From: Anthoceros angustus
Taxonomy: Eukaryota; Plantae; Anthocerotophyta
Length of the DNA stretch: 64,000 nt
Direction of reading: 5' to 3'
NCBI GenBank assembly: GCA_010909165.1
Contig: VJWM01000025.1
Coordinates: 2,046,001-2,110,000 of the forward strand
The translations under genes and the position numbers were made by a program. Below are positions 24,833 through 36,990 of the stretch, piece after piece. Position 1 is the stretch's first letter, and each line of letters begins with the position of its first letter. Under the pieces are notes generated by a model. The model worked only from the letters and a program-made list of their open reading frames with translations, did not search any database and had not been told where the DNA came from.

Positions 24833-27800
24833 CATCCGGTAGAACTAAGATCATATCATCATGAAGTGGGAACTTACGGATGCCTTTACCATGTATGTGC
24901 ATCTGAACCGGATTCATCACCTAAAACACTGCTCGTAAATAGTGGTAAGAGTCAAGCTAGTGAATTGAAGCTCATCACGACATATGTGAGCGGTGGCACC
25001 GCTATCAAGGTACCAACCGTCTACCTCACTCGTTTGAGTGCTGATCAGTTAATATTTTCACAACCGGTTTGCTTGATCGAGGTTGAAACCTTCTCTTTTG
25101 ATTGTGATGTGGCGAGGCACTGTAGGTCGAGGTGTTGCCGAGGCTCCCGGCCTTTTTTCTCGCACTGCCCGGCCGGAGTCCCACACCAATTGCGTACCTT
25201 GTCTCCTTGATGCAAGGTTGAGCGGCATTGCGCCGGGTGGTTGACCTCTCCTCCGCCTCTCATGTTGAATCGACCTCCTCTTGTCGCAGAAAAACTTTGT
25301 CGGTTTAGAACTACGTGTTGTCCCCTTGATGACATTTGGCGGCTCATTTCCTCTTGATATAGAGCCCCAATAACATCTGTGAGCTTGACACTGCCAGCCG
25401 AATGGGACCATTTGTGTGGTGACAAATGTCCGTAACGGGAGGCGGTGGTGAGAAGGCTATACCGCATCCACCTCTTGCATAGTTGTGCCAAGAGCAGCCA
25501 TTTGAGCACGCAAGTGCCTAAACCGACTAGTGAATGCCGCAATGTAATCTCCTTCCTTCATGCGCAAGGTATAAAATTGCCGATCGCGCATAAGCTCATC
25601 ATTGTTTCAACTTTGTAAGTTCCTGTAAGTGATCCCAAATTGCTTTTGCATTGGTAAGGAACTCAATTTCGTGGACAAGATCGACTCAAGCCCATTGACT
25701 AGGAGGGCTCACAGAATTCTGCTCGTTATCCCATGCATCTTTCTTTTGAGTAACGGTAGCTCCTCTGTAGGATTAGAAGGAGTGCCGGATCCGGGTTTGT
25801 CCCATCAACTACATCCCGGACTCCACGAGCAAGTAAAGTGGATTCATCCGACACTCCAAATATCAAAACGCGTGCCATTAAATCTATCGTGCTCTTGAGA
25901 TCGAGGTAAAAGTAGTATGACAGATGTGTGGTAGCTACCAGACAATGTAAAAGATGGAGGCAAGCAAAGACTAACTAACAAGGAAGTCAGAACTAATGCG
26001 AAATGAATAGTAACCATTCAAATCTTAGTGTGTAACTATCAAGATACGAAACGTGCCTAAAAATAAATATAAACTAGGGCTAAAGGGAGGAAAGGCTTGG
26101 GATTGAGAACATGAAGGGAAGCTGCAGTGACATACCCCTAACCGTCTCTTCATATCGCAATCGTGGTCGGAGCAATTGAGCGATAGAATCCAAAGAACAA
26201 ATCCCTAATTGCAACTCCTCTCCTTGCTGGAAACAAATCAGATCGTGATAGGTGGGCAACAATGCCACAAGATTTAGATTCTCCGCAATGGATGGCTTGT
26301 CTGTCATTTTCTCAAGGGAAGGCAAATTAGAAACCCCAAGAAGAATGAACATTGATTGTCAATTCGTTGCAAATAACGAAAACACTTCTTGCGGGCAATT
26401 AAGTGCACGCTATTCTCTTGCTCATGCAAAGCCTCTAGAAAAATGTCTCTTGCACGCAATTGAGCCACACATTTTCAATCCGATTACAATGAGATTCTAC
26501 AAGAGAATGGATATCCTCATGCGGATTTTCAATCAAATCTTGCCTTCTATAGCATCATCAAGAAACTCCAAATTAGATCGCAGCCTTTTATTGTCTAAAT
26601 GCTGATATTTAGATTGTGTTTTAAAATTGTCGATTCTTGGTCACTTGTTTGGAGTGACTTCCACAAGCTGAACTTCTTGATGTCTATTTAATCTTTGCTC
26701 GCTTTAAAATTATGGAGCCTTCTTTGCTCTTGCGATCGCCTCTTCCGATATCGCTGGATTATTTCTCGATAATTATCGAGAAAATCGCAATCCAGCAGGG
26801 AGTGGAGAGATTAGTGGTCCACGTGGTGCCTTGAAGGAAATTCACCACGCGAGAACACACGTTCTCCACGACCACGAGGCATTGCAAGATACAAAGGATT
26901 CGACACCATCAAGGTGCTCGATACCATGTGGAGATACCTCATGCATCTAGCAAGAAAGGCCAGCATGCGAGGCATGCGAGCAATGGAAATAAAACGATGT
27001 GTATTTAATAATGAGCAGAAAAATGTTATATACAAAAGTAGCCTAATAACCCTAAATAGCATAACCTAAAAGTAAGTGGGATATTTAACCGCCGTGGTTA
27101 TTAATCCAACACTTTGAATCATTTTCTTCCATGTCGTCACGAGCATTAAGAGTGTCCCATCGCTGAGCAGGGACATGCCAAATGGCTCGGCAATTGTTTG
27201 CCTCGACGCATGACGCCCCTTCGGCCCAGCGCTTTTCAATTCTACAATGCAATGATAACCCGTGAGAAACACTCTTGTGTGGCCCTATATCGCCAATGCA
27301 ATCGAACTCGGGATAAAGCTTGTCTTACCCGGCAGTATGGAAGGGCCCCTGAACAATGCAGATTCAGCCGGCAACTGTCCTGCGTGCAAAGATCGCCGGC
27401 ATCACCGCGCGCCTATCCGTCCACCATATCGCTTATTGCAACGGGCCGAGTCTCGCGCCCGGAGGTTGTTGAAGAAATCCAGCTTTTCATGCCTCCTCGG
27501 TCGTTTATGGGTACCAGCGCGGTGACCTCGACGATCAATTTGTTCAGTGAGGACCATCGGGCCGGAGAGGACTCGCAATCCGCAGTTTACAGCTACCACC
27601 GGTAAAACCAAAGAAGTGACCGAGGCCTGGTAGTCGCAAGTGGCTGGAGGAGGCCGCACTTTGAGGCGTAATTGTCTTTGAGGATGCCCTATCGGCTTGA
27701 GCCACAGACGGATGCCTCGAACAAAATTGCTAATTGTAAAGCAAAGGTGCAAGGTAGATATCCATGTTCTAGACCAAAGTGCGGGCACAGGATTAGCAGG

Positions 27801-29448
27801 GGCATAAGGATGCTATTTTTCTTGTGAGACAGCCAAGGAGGGAGGTTGTGTGACCAAAAGCATGTGCCAACCGAGTATGAGCTAGACCGATGTCCTCCGG
27901 TTCAATCCATCGGTAGAGATGCCGCGGCGGTGATCGCTAGCGCGGCGCTGATCCGGATTACCGCCCAGCCTTTGTCACTTGAGGATCTTGGCATTTCCGT
28001 CTCGCTTCTTGCATGGAATGCCAAGACATGAGGCGTGCAAATTTGAATCATGAACAGCCGCGTTTGAGTCGCCGCTTATGGGAAGTAAAATAATGCCTTG
28101 CGGGCGATGGGGGCTGAGTGCACCAGCAGTGGCGAGCCTCACCACAAACCGCGAGTCTCATCGGCATAATCTCCCCAAAATATCTGACCAATCTTTGCGT
28201 CGATCCGTTGATGGTCGTGTCCAACCTTGAGCATAATAACTGGCTGCCTTCCGGATGGTGGCATAGCATTAGGCGGGAAGGATGACCGGTGAAAGCGGGT
28301 GAAAATTGCGACATTCACGCATCCGAAATTCCAAAGCGGTCTTGGATGCTCGTACAGCAGCCGTGTCCGGTTGTTGCCTTGCTGGTTGCACTGGCTGCAC
28401 TACCATAGCGGTCTTGCCTTCAATGTCCAAAGCCTCTTTCCAACGGTCCTCTACGCCCGGTCAAGAAGATGTCACGGGCATTGGGGTCTCTCTGCGGCAG
28501 GCGTCACGAATGTTGGACATCGGGTGGGGCATGCAGGAGGCAGCGGAGAGGAGGAAGGCGGGGAGGCCGGGATGTTGAGGTCGCCCGAGCCCCGGCTGTG
28601 CCAATTGCTTGGATGAAGACATCACCTGCCGTCAAACCACAACATACATGTAAGGCGGGTTGAAGCGGTGGCGGCGGCAGGCACAATAGAGCATCAACAA
28701 GACGCGACGGGAAAAAGGGCCTCACCTAACAACCAGAAAGCATCCCATGCCGGCCGCTTGGCGAGAGATGTCTGCGGATCATATCTGGGGATTCACCTTG
28801 ACGTGCAGGCAAGGCAATACATGGAATGATTTGCCGATCGTAAAGGCCGCCATTGCCGTGAACGCCTATGGTCTCCGGCCGAAATTTGAATGTGGGAGAC
28901 GAGGTCTTGGTCAATCCGAGACGGCTAGGGTTGGGACACCCAGCGGCCGTGCCGTTGGTTAGTGACGTGCCGGACTCCACCGTTGAAATAGCCCAAACGA
29001 CACGTCACACTTTTGGGAGTCGTACATTTGGGCCGTGTGACCGGGTGGCTTTAAAGTCGAACCCGTCGGCGCTTACATTGCCGTGCGCCAACCAGAGCGG
29101 TGTGACGCGCGGGCTACACCCTTCTCTACCATTTGTAAAGTCCTGTAAACTATCCGTGGCGCCACGCAAAGCCGGGGGGCCGGGCGGGATGTCGGTATGA
29201 CGTGAGGGTGGCGTCTTTCATGCTTCGCAAGTTCCGTTAACCAGACGCCCTTCACCCGAGGTTCGCAATCATGCGCGTCATTAGGTTGGCGAAGTGTCAT
29301 ATGTGTAAGACGCACAAAAGATGTAGACCCGGACCGTCCTTAAGTCCTCGTCTTAATACATTCAACATTGTTGTAGTGTGTGATGTATCTCCAGATCCAT
29401 GGTAGCTGCTATTGCTAAGAGTATACGAATGGATGTTATCTTAGCAGG
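24833..29448. repeat. Tandem copy 2 of segment ~19632-24250 (Copia B 5' part, TnpD N-terminus, CACTA right end, element A RT start)
   Basis: Collinear match including LTR B (26927-27111) and CACTA end plus TGT near 29370; differences are mostly 1-3 nt indels. Confidence 0.92.
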
Positions 29449-31650
29449 GGCATAAGGATGCTATTTTTCTTGTGAGATGACCAAGGAGGGAGGTTGTGTG
29501 ACCAAAAGCACGAATGGCCAAATCGGTATGAGCTAGACCGATGTCCTCCGGTTCAATCCATCGGTAGAGATCAAAGAGCGGGCGTTACGGTGATCGCCCC
29601 AAACGCACGCTGATCGATTACCGCCCAAGCCCTTGTATCCGCCAGATGCGCCTTTCCGTCTACGCCTCGCCGCGGAATGCCAAGACATGAGGCGTGCAAA
29701 TTTGAATCATGAACACCCTTGAGTCGCCGCTTATGGGAAGTAAAATAATGCCTTGCGGGCGATCGAGTGCACAGCGGCGAGCCTCACCACAAACGAATCG
29801 AGTCTCATCGGCATAATCTCCCCAAAATATCGGAATCTTTGACGCAGCGTCGATCCGATGGTCGTGTCCAACCTTGAGCATAATAGCCCTGGCTGCCTTC
29901 CTGATGGTGGCATAGCATTAGAAGCTGGGGAAGGATGACCAAAAGCGGGTGAAAATTGCGCATTCACGCATCCGAAATCTAAAGCGGTCTTGGATATGCT
30001 ACAGCAGTGTCCGGTTGCCTTGCTGTTGCACGCACTGCCATAGCGGTCTTGCCTTCAATGTCCAAAGCCTCTTTCCAAATCCGCCTTCGCCCGTCGAAGA
30101 TGTCACGGGCATTGGGGTCTCTGCGCCAGGCGTCCTCGATATTGGACATCGGGTGGGGCATCCGGGAGGCAGCGGAGAGGAGGAAGGCGGGGAGGGAGGC
30201 CGGGATGTTGAGGTCGCCCGAGCCCCGGGTGCCAATTGCTTGGATGAAGACATCACTCAAACCACAACAACACAGTAGGCGGGTTGAAGCGTGGCTGACG
30301 CAGGCACAATAGAGCATCAACAACACGACATCGGGAAAAAAGGGCCTCACCCTAACAACCAGGAAAGCATCCCATGCCGGCCATGACGCGAGAGATGTCT
30401 CGATCATATGCCGATTCCGACGGCGTGCAGGCAAGGCAATACATGGAATGATTTGCCGATCGCGTGGGGCCATTGCCGTGAACGCCTATGGTCTCCGAAG
30501 AAGCGAAATTTGAATGTGCCGAGGCAGTCTTCGAATCCGACAGTAGGTTGCGGTGTGACCCGCGTTAGGTGACCGGCCAGACTCCACAGTTAAATAAGAC
30601 GAAGCCCAACGGCTCACACTTTTGGGAGTCGTACATTTGGGCCGTGGCGGTCGGTGGCTTTAAAGTCGAACCCGTCGCGCTTACATTGCTGGGCCAACCA
30701 ACAAGCGGCTCGCACGCACGGCCGACACACCCTTCTCTACCATTTGTAAAGTCCTGTAAACTATCCCGTGAATCGCGACCACGCAAAGCCGGGGCCGCAC
30801 GGCAGTGATGTGTCGGTATGACGTGAGGGTGGCGTCTTTCATGCTTCGCAAGTTCCGCTTAACGGGCGCCCTTCACCCGAGGTTCGCAATCATGCGCGTC
30901 ATTAGGTTGGCGGTGTCATATGTGTAAGACGCACAAAGATGTAGACCGGACCGTCCTTAAGTCCTCGCCTTAATACATTCAACATTGTTGTAGTGTGTGA
31001 TGTATCTCGGATCCATGGTAGTCGCTATTGCTAAGAGTATCTGAATGGATGTTATCTTAGGGGAGAAAGTGTCGGTGTAGTCAATACGGCACTTGTGTAT
31101 ATCCCTTCCCACCAGCCTTGCTTTGTATCGCTCTATGCTCCCATCATTGTGCTTGATCTTGAACACCCATTTGGATCCTATGCACTTCCTTCCTTGGGGT
31201 AGAGGTGATTTCCCAAGTCTTGTTCTTGATAAGTGAGTTATACTCACTATCCAGCTTCTTTCCACTCCTTCGCCTTTGGCCCTTCCAAGGCTTCCTTCAA
31301 GCTTTGCGGCTCATCGACATCGCCAACATAGCCTCTTACTTGCATGCATTCATGGACTCCAAAATTTTCTCGAAGGTTTCCATCGCCTTGATGATCTCCG
31401 ATGCGGGTCGTGGCTCCTCTTGGATTCTTGATCTCGCTCCTCTTCATCATCCTCGATATCCGGGCTTCTCCACCTTCTATATCACCTTGTGGTAGAGGTT
31501 GCTCATGCTCGAGAACAGTTGAGCATGCTCAAGAGTAGGTTGCTCAAGAACCAAGTCTTGTGCTTCTTCACGCTCCTTCAACTCCTTGATGACAACTTGC
31601 GTTGCTCCCACTCCTTTGTTAGGTTCCACAACCTCATGAAAACAACATCC
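29441..31650. repeat. Tandem copy 3 of segment ~22565-24838
   Basis: Collinear, noisier match with a third CACTA right end (cattgttgtagtg-tgt near 30990); continues into element A integrase. Confidence 0.9.
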
Positions 31651-33727
31651 CTGAAAATGATTTTCTTGGTTGTAGGGTTGTATAATCTATACCCTTTACC
31701 TCATCGGAATACCCAAGCATGATGCCTGGATGCCTTTAGGATCCCACTTGGTTCGGTTTTGCTTTGGAACATGAGCATAAACCTCGAACCAAAGATCCTA
31801 AAATGACTCACGTTAGGTTTGACACGAGACCATGCCTCCTCCGGGTCATTCCAGTCTGTTGGTTGGAACTCTATTCAAAACATGAGTTCGTAGCAACACC
31901 TCTCCCAAAAGCACCTCCAACCCACTTTGATGGAGCATGCACTTGGCCGCCTCCACTAGGCTCCTTAGCGCTCCGCCACTCCATTTTGCTCCGGTGTGTG
32001 AGGAATTGTTAGTTGCCTCCGAATGCCATGCTCCTTGCAAAAGCTTTTGAATTGAGAAGAGATGTATTCTCCTCCATTGTCACTCCTAAGTGTCTTGAGG
32101 CATTCTCCACTTTGTTCTCCACCAAGGCTTTCCACTCCTTGAATGTCTTGAACACTTGGACTTCTCCTTCAAAAGGTATGTCCAACTCCTCCTTGTGAAG
32201 TCATCCACAAACACTAGAATGTAGCGGCTCCTCCATGGGTAGGGTTCTTCATTGGTCCACACACATCGGTGTACAAGTTCCAACGCCTTTCTTTGCTCGA
32301 CGCTCCAATCCTTGGGAACTTGGTTCGTGAAGCTTTCCCATCATGCACCCTTGGCAATCGCGCTCACCAATATCTTTCAAATCCAAGCGGTCACCATTTG
32401 TTGATTCTTCATCATCTTGATGTTGTCCACTCCGAGTGCCCCAAGCGTTGATGCCACAAATCTATTGACCCAGTGCTCTTAGCGGGACACAAATGTGCAA
32501 GCTTGTTGATCACCTATGGAAGCACACAACTTATAGAGATTGCCTTCCGAACACCTCGAGCTATCACCTTGACATTAGGTGATTACGGTTGCTCGGGTTG
32601 GATCGACATCCTCGAGTTGAACACAATCTCATTCCAGTCGATGATTCTTGCTGAAAGAAGATTCTTAAGACCGGGCACATGGTGTACATCCTTGATTGTA
32701 CCTTTGGATGGTCCTCCATGGAGTTGAACTTTAATCACACCTCTTCCTTTGATCTCGTGTGACCTATTGTCTCCAAGCGCCATTTTATGCCCCGCTGGCA
32801 TTTCTTCATAGCTTGAGAACTAAGACCGATTGTAGGTGAAGTGCTGAGATGCTCCAAAGTCGAGGTACAAACTCTCATCCTTCTTTGATGGGAGCTGTCG
32901 TACTCTTTCTACGGATGAGATAGCGAAAAGATGTTTTTCCTTCTCACTCACTTGATTGGCTTGTAACTCCTTTCCCTTCTTCTTCAAGTGAGCAAACCTT
33001 GTCCTACAATCCTTGGCATAGTGGTTAGGCTTTTTGCAATAATGGCAAATACCCCACACCTTTTTCTTCGCACTTTTCGCCTTCAATTCTGGCTTGTGAA
33101 GTCTTCCCACGTGTTGTTCCTTTCTTTGAGAAGAGCACTAAGTCTCCATTCTCTTTTTTCTTGAAGGAATTCTCCAGCTCTTCTTGTAGGAGCAACCCAA
33201 CCACCTCATCCAACGTTGGTGGTTTGTCGCTTGACGCATCGCTACCGGCGTTCTAAAACAAAATTGCTTATGCGGATGGTAAGCTACTCAACACCACGAT
33301 AACCTTTCTTTCGGAAGGTTTGGCGTCCGCCGCCTTCATTTGATCCACCAAGTTCTTCAACTTGTTGACGTGTTGTTGAATGGTGTCACCTCGACCATCT
33401 TGAAGTTGGCGAATTGTTGCTCCAACAACATCTCATTCACCAAGCTCTTCTTCTCATACGTGTTGCAGAGGGTCGTCCACGCCGCTTTTGATGTTGCACA
33501 CTCACTCAATTGAGAGAGTATGTCATCGGACACATTGAGGAGAATCGTCGCCAATGCTCGTCCATCTTTCTCAGTGTCCACTTCGGTGGGTGTTTCTCCG
33601 AGGCCATTGTCGACAAACTTCCATAGTCCTCGATCGATGAGAAGCATCTTCAGCTTCAACTTCCACAATGTGAAGTTGTGCCTCCAAACTTCTCCACTAG
33701 GCGTGTCTCCATGCTTGTTGACGCCAT
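31650..33727 (-). pseudogene. gag-pol: Element A gag-protease-integrase (frameshifted)
   Basis: NFTLWKLKLKMLLIDRGLWKFV; zinc knuckle CHYCKKPNHYAKDC; protease YLDFGASQHF; [23 protein letters not shown]. Confidence 0.9.
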
Positions 33728-33986
33728 GCCTAGTTTCCTACAATTGATCTTGAAGACCAAAGCACCTCACTCACATGCACTACAAGATTAGTATCAAGAC
33801 CTTTCCAATTGCACACAAGTTCCCACAAGCTCTAAGAACTATCAATTGCACAGTTCTCACAAGCTCTAGGCTAAGAACTATGCAATCCAATTGCACACAA
33901 GTTCTCACAAGCTCTAGGCTAAGAACTATGCAAGGGGACTGACTCAATGCAAGGACTACAAGGCTCTTGAACATGGCTCGATACCA

Positions 33987-34376
33987 TGTTAGGAAAAGAA
34001 GCTGAGCCTTTAGAGAGAGGGAACACAACACACCCATACAATATGGGTTATATGCACTAGCACACTAGATACTAACACACAAGAACTCTTGCACACACCA
34101 CACCTTACAAGTAGGTGGGCTTGGCCTTATATAGTCCTAGCCTTGAATCCTGGTCACTTGACCTTGAATCCTATTGTTACTTGACCTTGAGTCCTATTGG
34201 TCACTTGACCTTGAATCCTACTGGTCACTTGACTTGCCCTTTACTTTTGGCTTTCTAGAAGATACTTTCTAGAAGATGCATGACTTTCAAGTTATTTTTA
34301 GGGCACTCTTCATAACCTACTTTTAGGGCACTCTTCATAACATATTTTGATATGTTGTAATAAAACACTTCTAACA
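33987..34376 (-). repeat. 5' LTR of element A
   Basis: TGTTAGG...TTCTAACA, follows the PBS; matches 6776-7182 with small indels. Confidence 0.92.
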
Positions 34377-34575
34377 AAGGCCATAGACGTTGGGTCAGAA
34401 CAAAAACAATCGGAACACTGCTCACCATGGACCTCCTAGAATTCGGGCATCCTTTCCGCACCATGGTCCGATGCCCACTCTGCCTCTGCAAGGGTGGGCA
34501 TCCGCTTCCAGCAAATGTGAAAGGCGGAGTGAATTCAACTTTTAATTATTCAGAAATTACAGGAGTTTGATAGCT

Positions 34576-34653
34576 TCAGAGCTTGCTTCCAACACTCTCT
34601 AAACATCAACCACACGTGGTCGATGTGTAGAGAGTGTTGGAAGCAAGCTCTGA
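34576..34653. repeat. 78-bp near-perfect palindrome
   Basis: 38-bp arms TCAGAGCTTGCTTCCAACACTCTCT..., 2 mismatches, 2-nt spacer. Confidence 0.9.
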
Positions 34654-35469
34654 TATCCGTTGAGCAAGCTTGCAAGCATCTCCTTGCTCAGCGGACGTGA
34701 TGAGGAGCATCCGCTGATCCGCTGAGCAAGCTCTCTCTCTTATCTATGTGCGCCCACATTGCGAAGCATGGTACAGCGGGCACAAATAAATATCGTCGAA
34801 AGGGGAAGATGGCATCTAGGAATGAAGAGATGGAGTTTGAGTGGGTAGGGGGGTTTGTCCCGGCTAGGAGATCAAGTGGTGAGTTGGACAGTCTGTAAAT
34901 AGGTTGCAGCCTGTGATTTGATCTAGACTCAATTAACGAGCGTTTGTGGGTGCTATGCAGGTGGGGTTGAACCTGTTCTCGAACTCCAGCACAATAGGGA
35001 GGAGCCAATAATTAACAAGCCTGAACCAGAGGGCATATCAGGAATGGGGGCTGACGTTCCGGGAGAGGACACCTCAGAAGGCGCAAATTTGCAGGATATG
35101 GACATGGTGTTGTCCTCCCAACCTAGCCAACCGCCCACAAACAGGAGGATCATCACACGAAAATACATGAGGCGAAAGTCAGATAGTACTGGATGAGGGC
35201 AGGGTGAGTCAGGTATGGTGTAAGCTATGCTCTGCTCGCGGGAAGCATGGCCAACGCGTGGCTCTTCGTAATTTGCGGTCTGCATGCGCGCTATATATGG
35301 CAGACACACAATTGTGGCAGCAGTGGCTTGACATGATCCCAGGCGCATCATTCTGCATGACCACCGCTCGCTTAACCGAAGCACCGAATCCGCAACAGAA
35401 CCGCAGCCATACTCGCTCACGACATATAAGGGGATACGCTGACGAAATGACTATGGCGATGGGAATTAC

Positions 35470-35571
35470 GAGAATCTTGCCCATTACTGCGTCATGTATT
35501 ACGCATAACTGTAATAATATTGCCGTAAGTGTAATAAAATTTGTAATAAAACCACAGCCATTGTTATAGTG
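35470..35571. mobile_element. CACTA-type right terminus with AT-rich subterminal repeats
   Basis: Ends CCATTGTTATAGTG (revcomp CACTATAACAATGG), preceded by repeated tgtaata/gtattacg motifs. Confidence 0.5.
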
Positions 35572-35871
35572 TCTAGAGACATCAAACGACATGAGAAACT
35601 CGACGAGATGTAAACGGGATAATTTGGGAAGATAGGATTTGCGTGGAGGAATCGGCCCGATATCCAAGCGAGCCGTGATCCCTTCTGCCCAAGCTTTGAC
35701 TTAGAACCAGGAGCTACATGCATACATTTACTCATGCGGAGAGTATCGCCTAGCTCCTCTTCTTCATGTTGGTGTGAGTGGAAGCTGTCATACCATACGA
35801 TTGTGGATGCTCCTCATCACGTCCTACAAGCGTGTGTAGTTGTCTCATTCCCACGACCTCCTATCTGCCTG

Positions 35872-36005
35872 CCCCCGACCTCATTGAAAGGAGTGCTTGG
35901 TTGCCGCCCTGAGCTCATTGGAAGGAGTGCTTGGTTGCGGCCCAGAGCTCATTGGAAGGAGTGCTTGGTTGCTGCCCTGAGCTCATTGGAAGGAGTGCTT
36001 GGTTG
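35872..36005. repeat. 34-bp minisatellite, ~3.9 copies
   Basis: Unit gccctgagctcattggaaggagtgcttggttgcN, head-to-tail, no spacers. Confidence 0.92.
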
Positions 36006-36282
36006 ATTAGTAGTCTTTTCATATAGGTAGATGTATGAGCTCACGGCGCAAGCTTGGGAGCTAATTTTCATGCACCCCTTGCTCCTTGTACTCCATGTGG
36101 GTAGAGAATTAGAGCGAGGACCTCTTGCCAGTATTCACTAGGGATTAAAAGGTTACGTATTACAAATGCGATAGTGCAAATGCGATAGTGCAAAGTGATT
36201 GAGGAAGCCTGGCCAGTGTTGTCAGGCCAGTGTTAAATTTTGGTGATGTATCGGTGAAAGGCTGTCGGTGCTTTGTCCTTAA

Positions 36283-36990
36283 GTGAGAACGGCATCTCAC
36301 AGGTCCTTCGAAGGGTGCTTGAAGAACCGGGCGGAGAGTATCCTCCGTTTGCGGAAGCCAGATCAAGAGTGCAGGGAGCATGTCTGTCTGCAGAAGGCGT
36401 TACATGCGGCGAGGGGAAAGCTTGGAGCCTTGCAAGAGAGCGGCGGGGAAGGGATGAAGTTGAAAGAGTTTGATGACCTAGGTTCAAGTGCGATGGCCGT
36501 GATGCAGATAGTGAAGTGAAGGAGGGGAGCCTGAGGGAGAGAGAGCAGGCCGCGCTGTTGCGGGAGAGGGAGGCTAGGGATGCGGTTGCGGCTGCCGAGC
36601 TGCGGAGGCTGGAGGAGGAGAAGAACGCCGAGCTGCGGAGGCTGGAGGAGGAGGAGAACGCCGAGCTGCGAGAACGTTTGAGCAAAGTTGGCATGAGTAG
36701 TTCCGGAAGACAGTGTGAGGGATGGCAAAGTAAAGGGCATTATATTGAGGAACTTGAGTACGATAAGGACACTCTGCTTGCGGAACTGGAGGCACAGCGG
36801 GAGACAAGTATGTGCAAAATCTGCTTTTCACAAGCGAGAACACCGTCGTCTCACCTTGTTTTCATTTCCCGCTTTGCAACTCATGCACGGTTCTGCACAG
36901 AGAACGGACCATTACTTTCCTTACTTGCAGAGTCCCCATCACTGGATAGATTGTCTTCAAGCTGTTGCACTATTAGTCCTCACCTGAAGG
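36283..36990 (+). pseudogene. Coiled-coil + RING-HC (C3HC4_3-like) putative E3 ligase, copy R1, 5'-truncated and frameshifted
   Basis: KLGALQESGGEGMKLKEFDDL; stop in GTGAAGTGAAG; MCKICFSQAR followed by a frameshift into PCFHFL..CN.CT-like sequence. Confidence 0.75.

Larger units (their letters stand above)
6776..34376 (-). mobile_element. Ty1/Copia LTR retrotransposon (element A) inflated by nested insertions and duplications
   Basis: Matching LTRs 6776-7182 and 33987-34376; 5-bp TSD AAGGC at 6771-6775 and 34377-34381; PBS-like GCTCGATACCA (revcomp) 33976-33986; PPT (ctcccactc) 7183-7191; domain order gag-PR-INT-RT-RH on the minus strand. Confidence 0.93.

Noticed and set aside
5453-35571. 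Pairing the CACTA-like left end (5453) with the right end (35571) as one giant element
   Set aside because: The termini differ at 3 of 14 positions and the flanks (ATA vs TCT) are not a TSD.
35872-36005. 34-bp repeats as a CRISPR array
   Set aside because: No unique spacers, and the context is eukaryotic.
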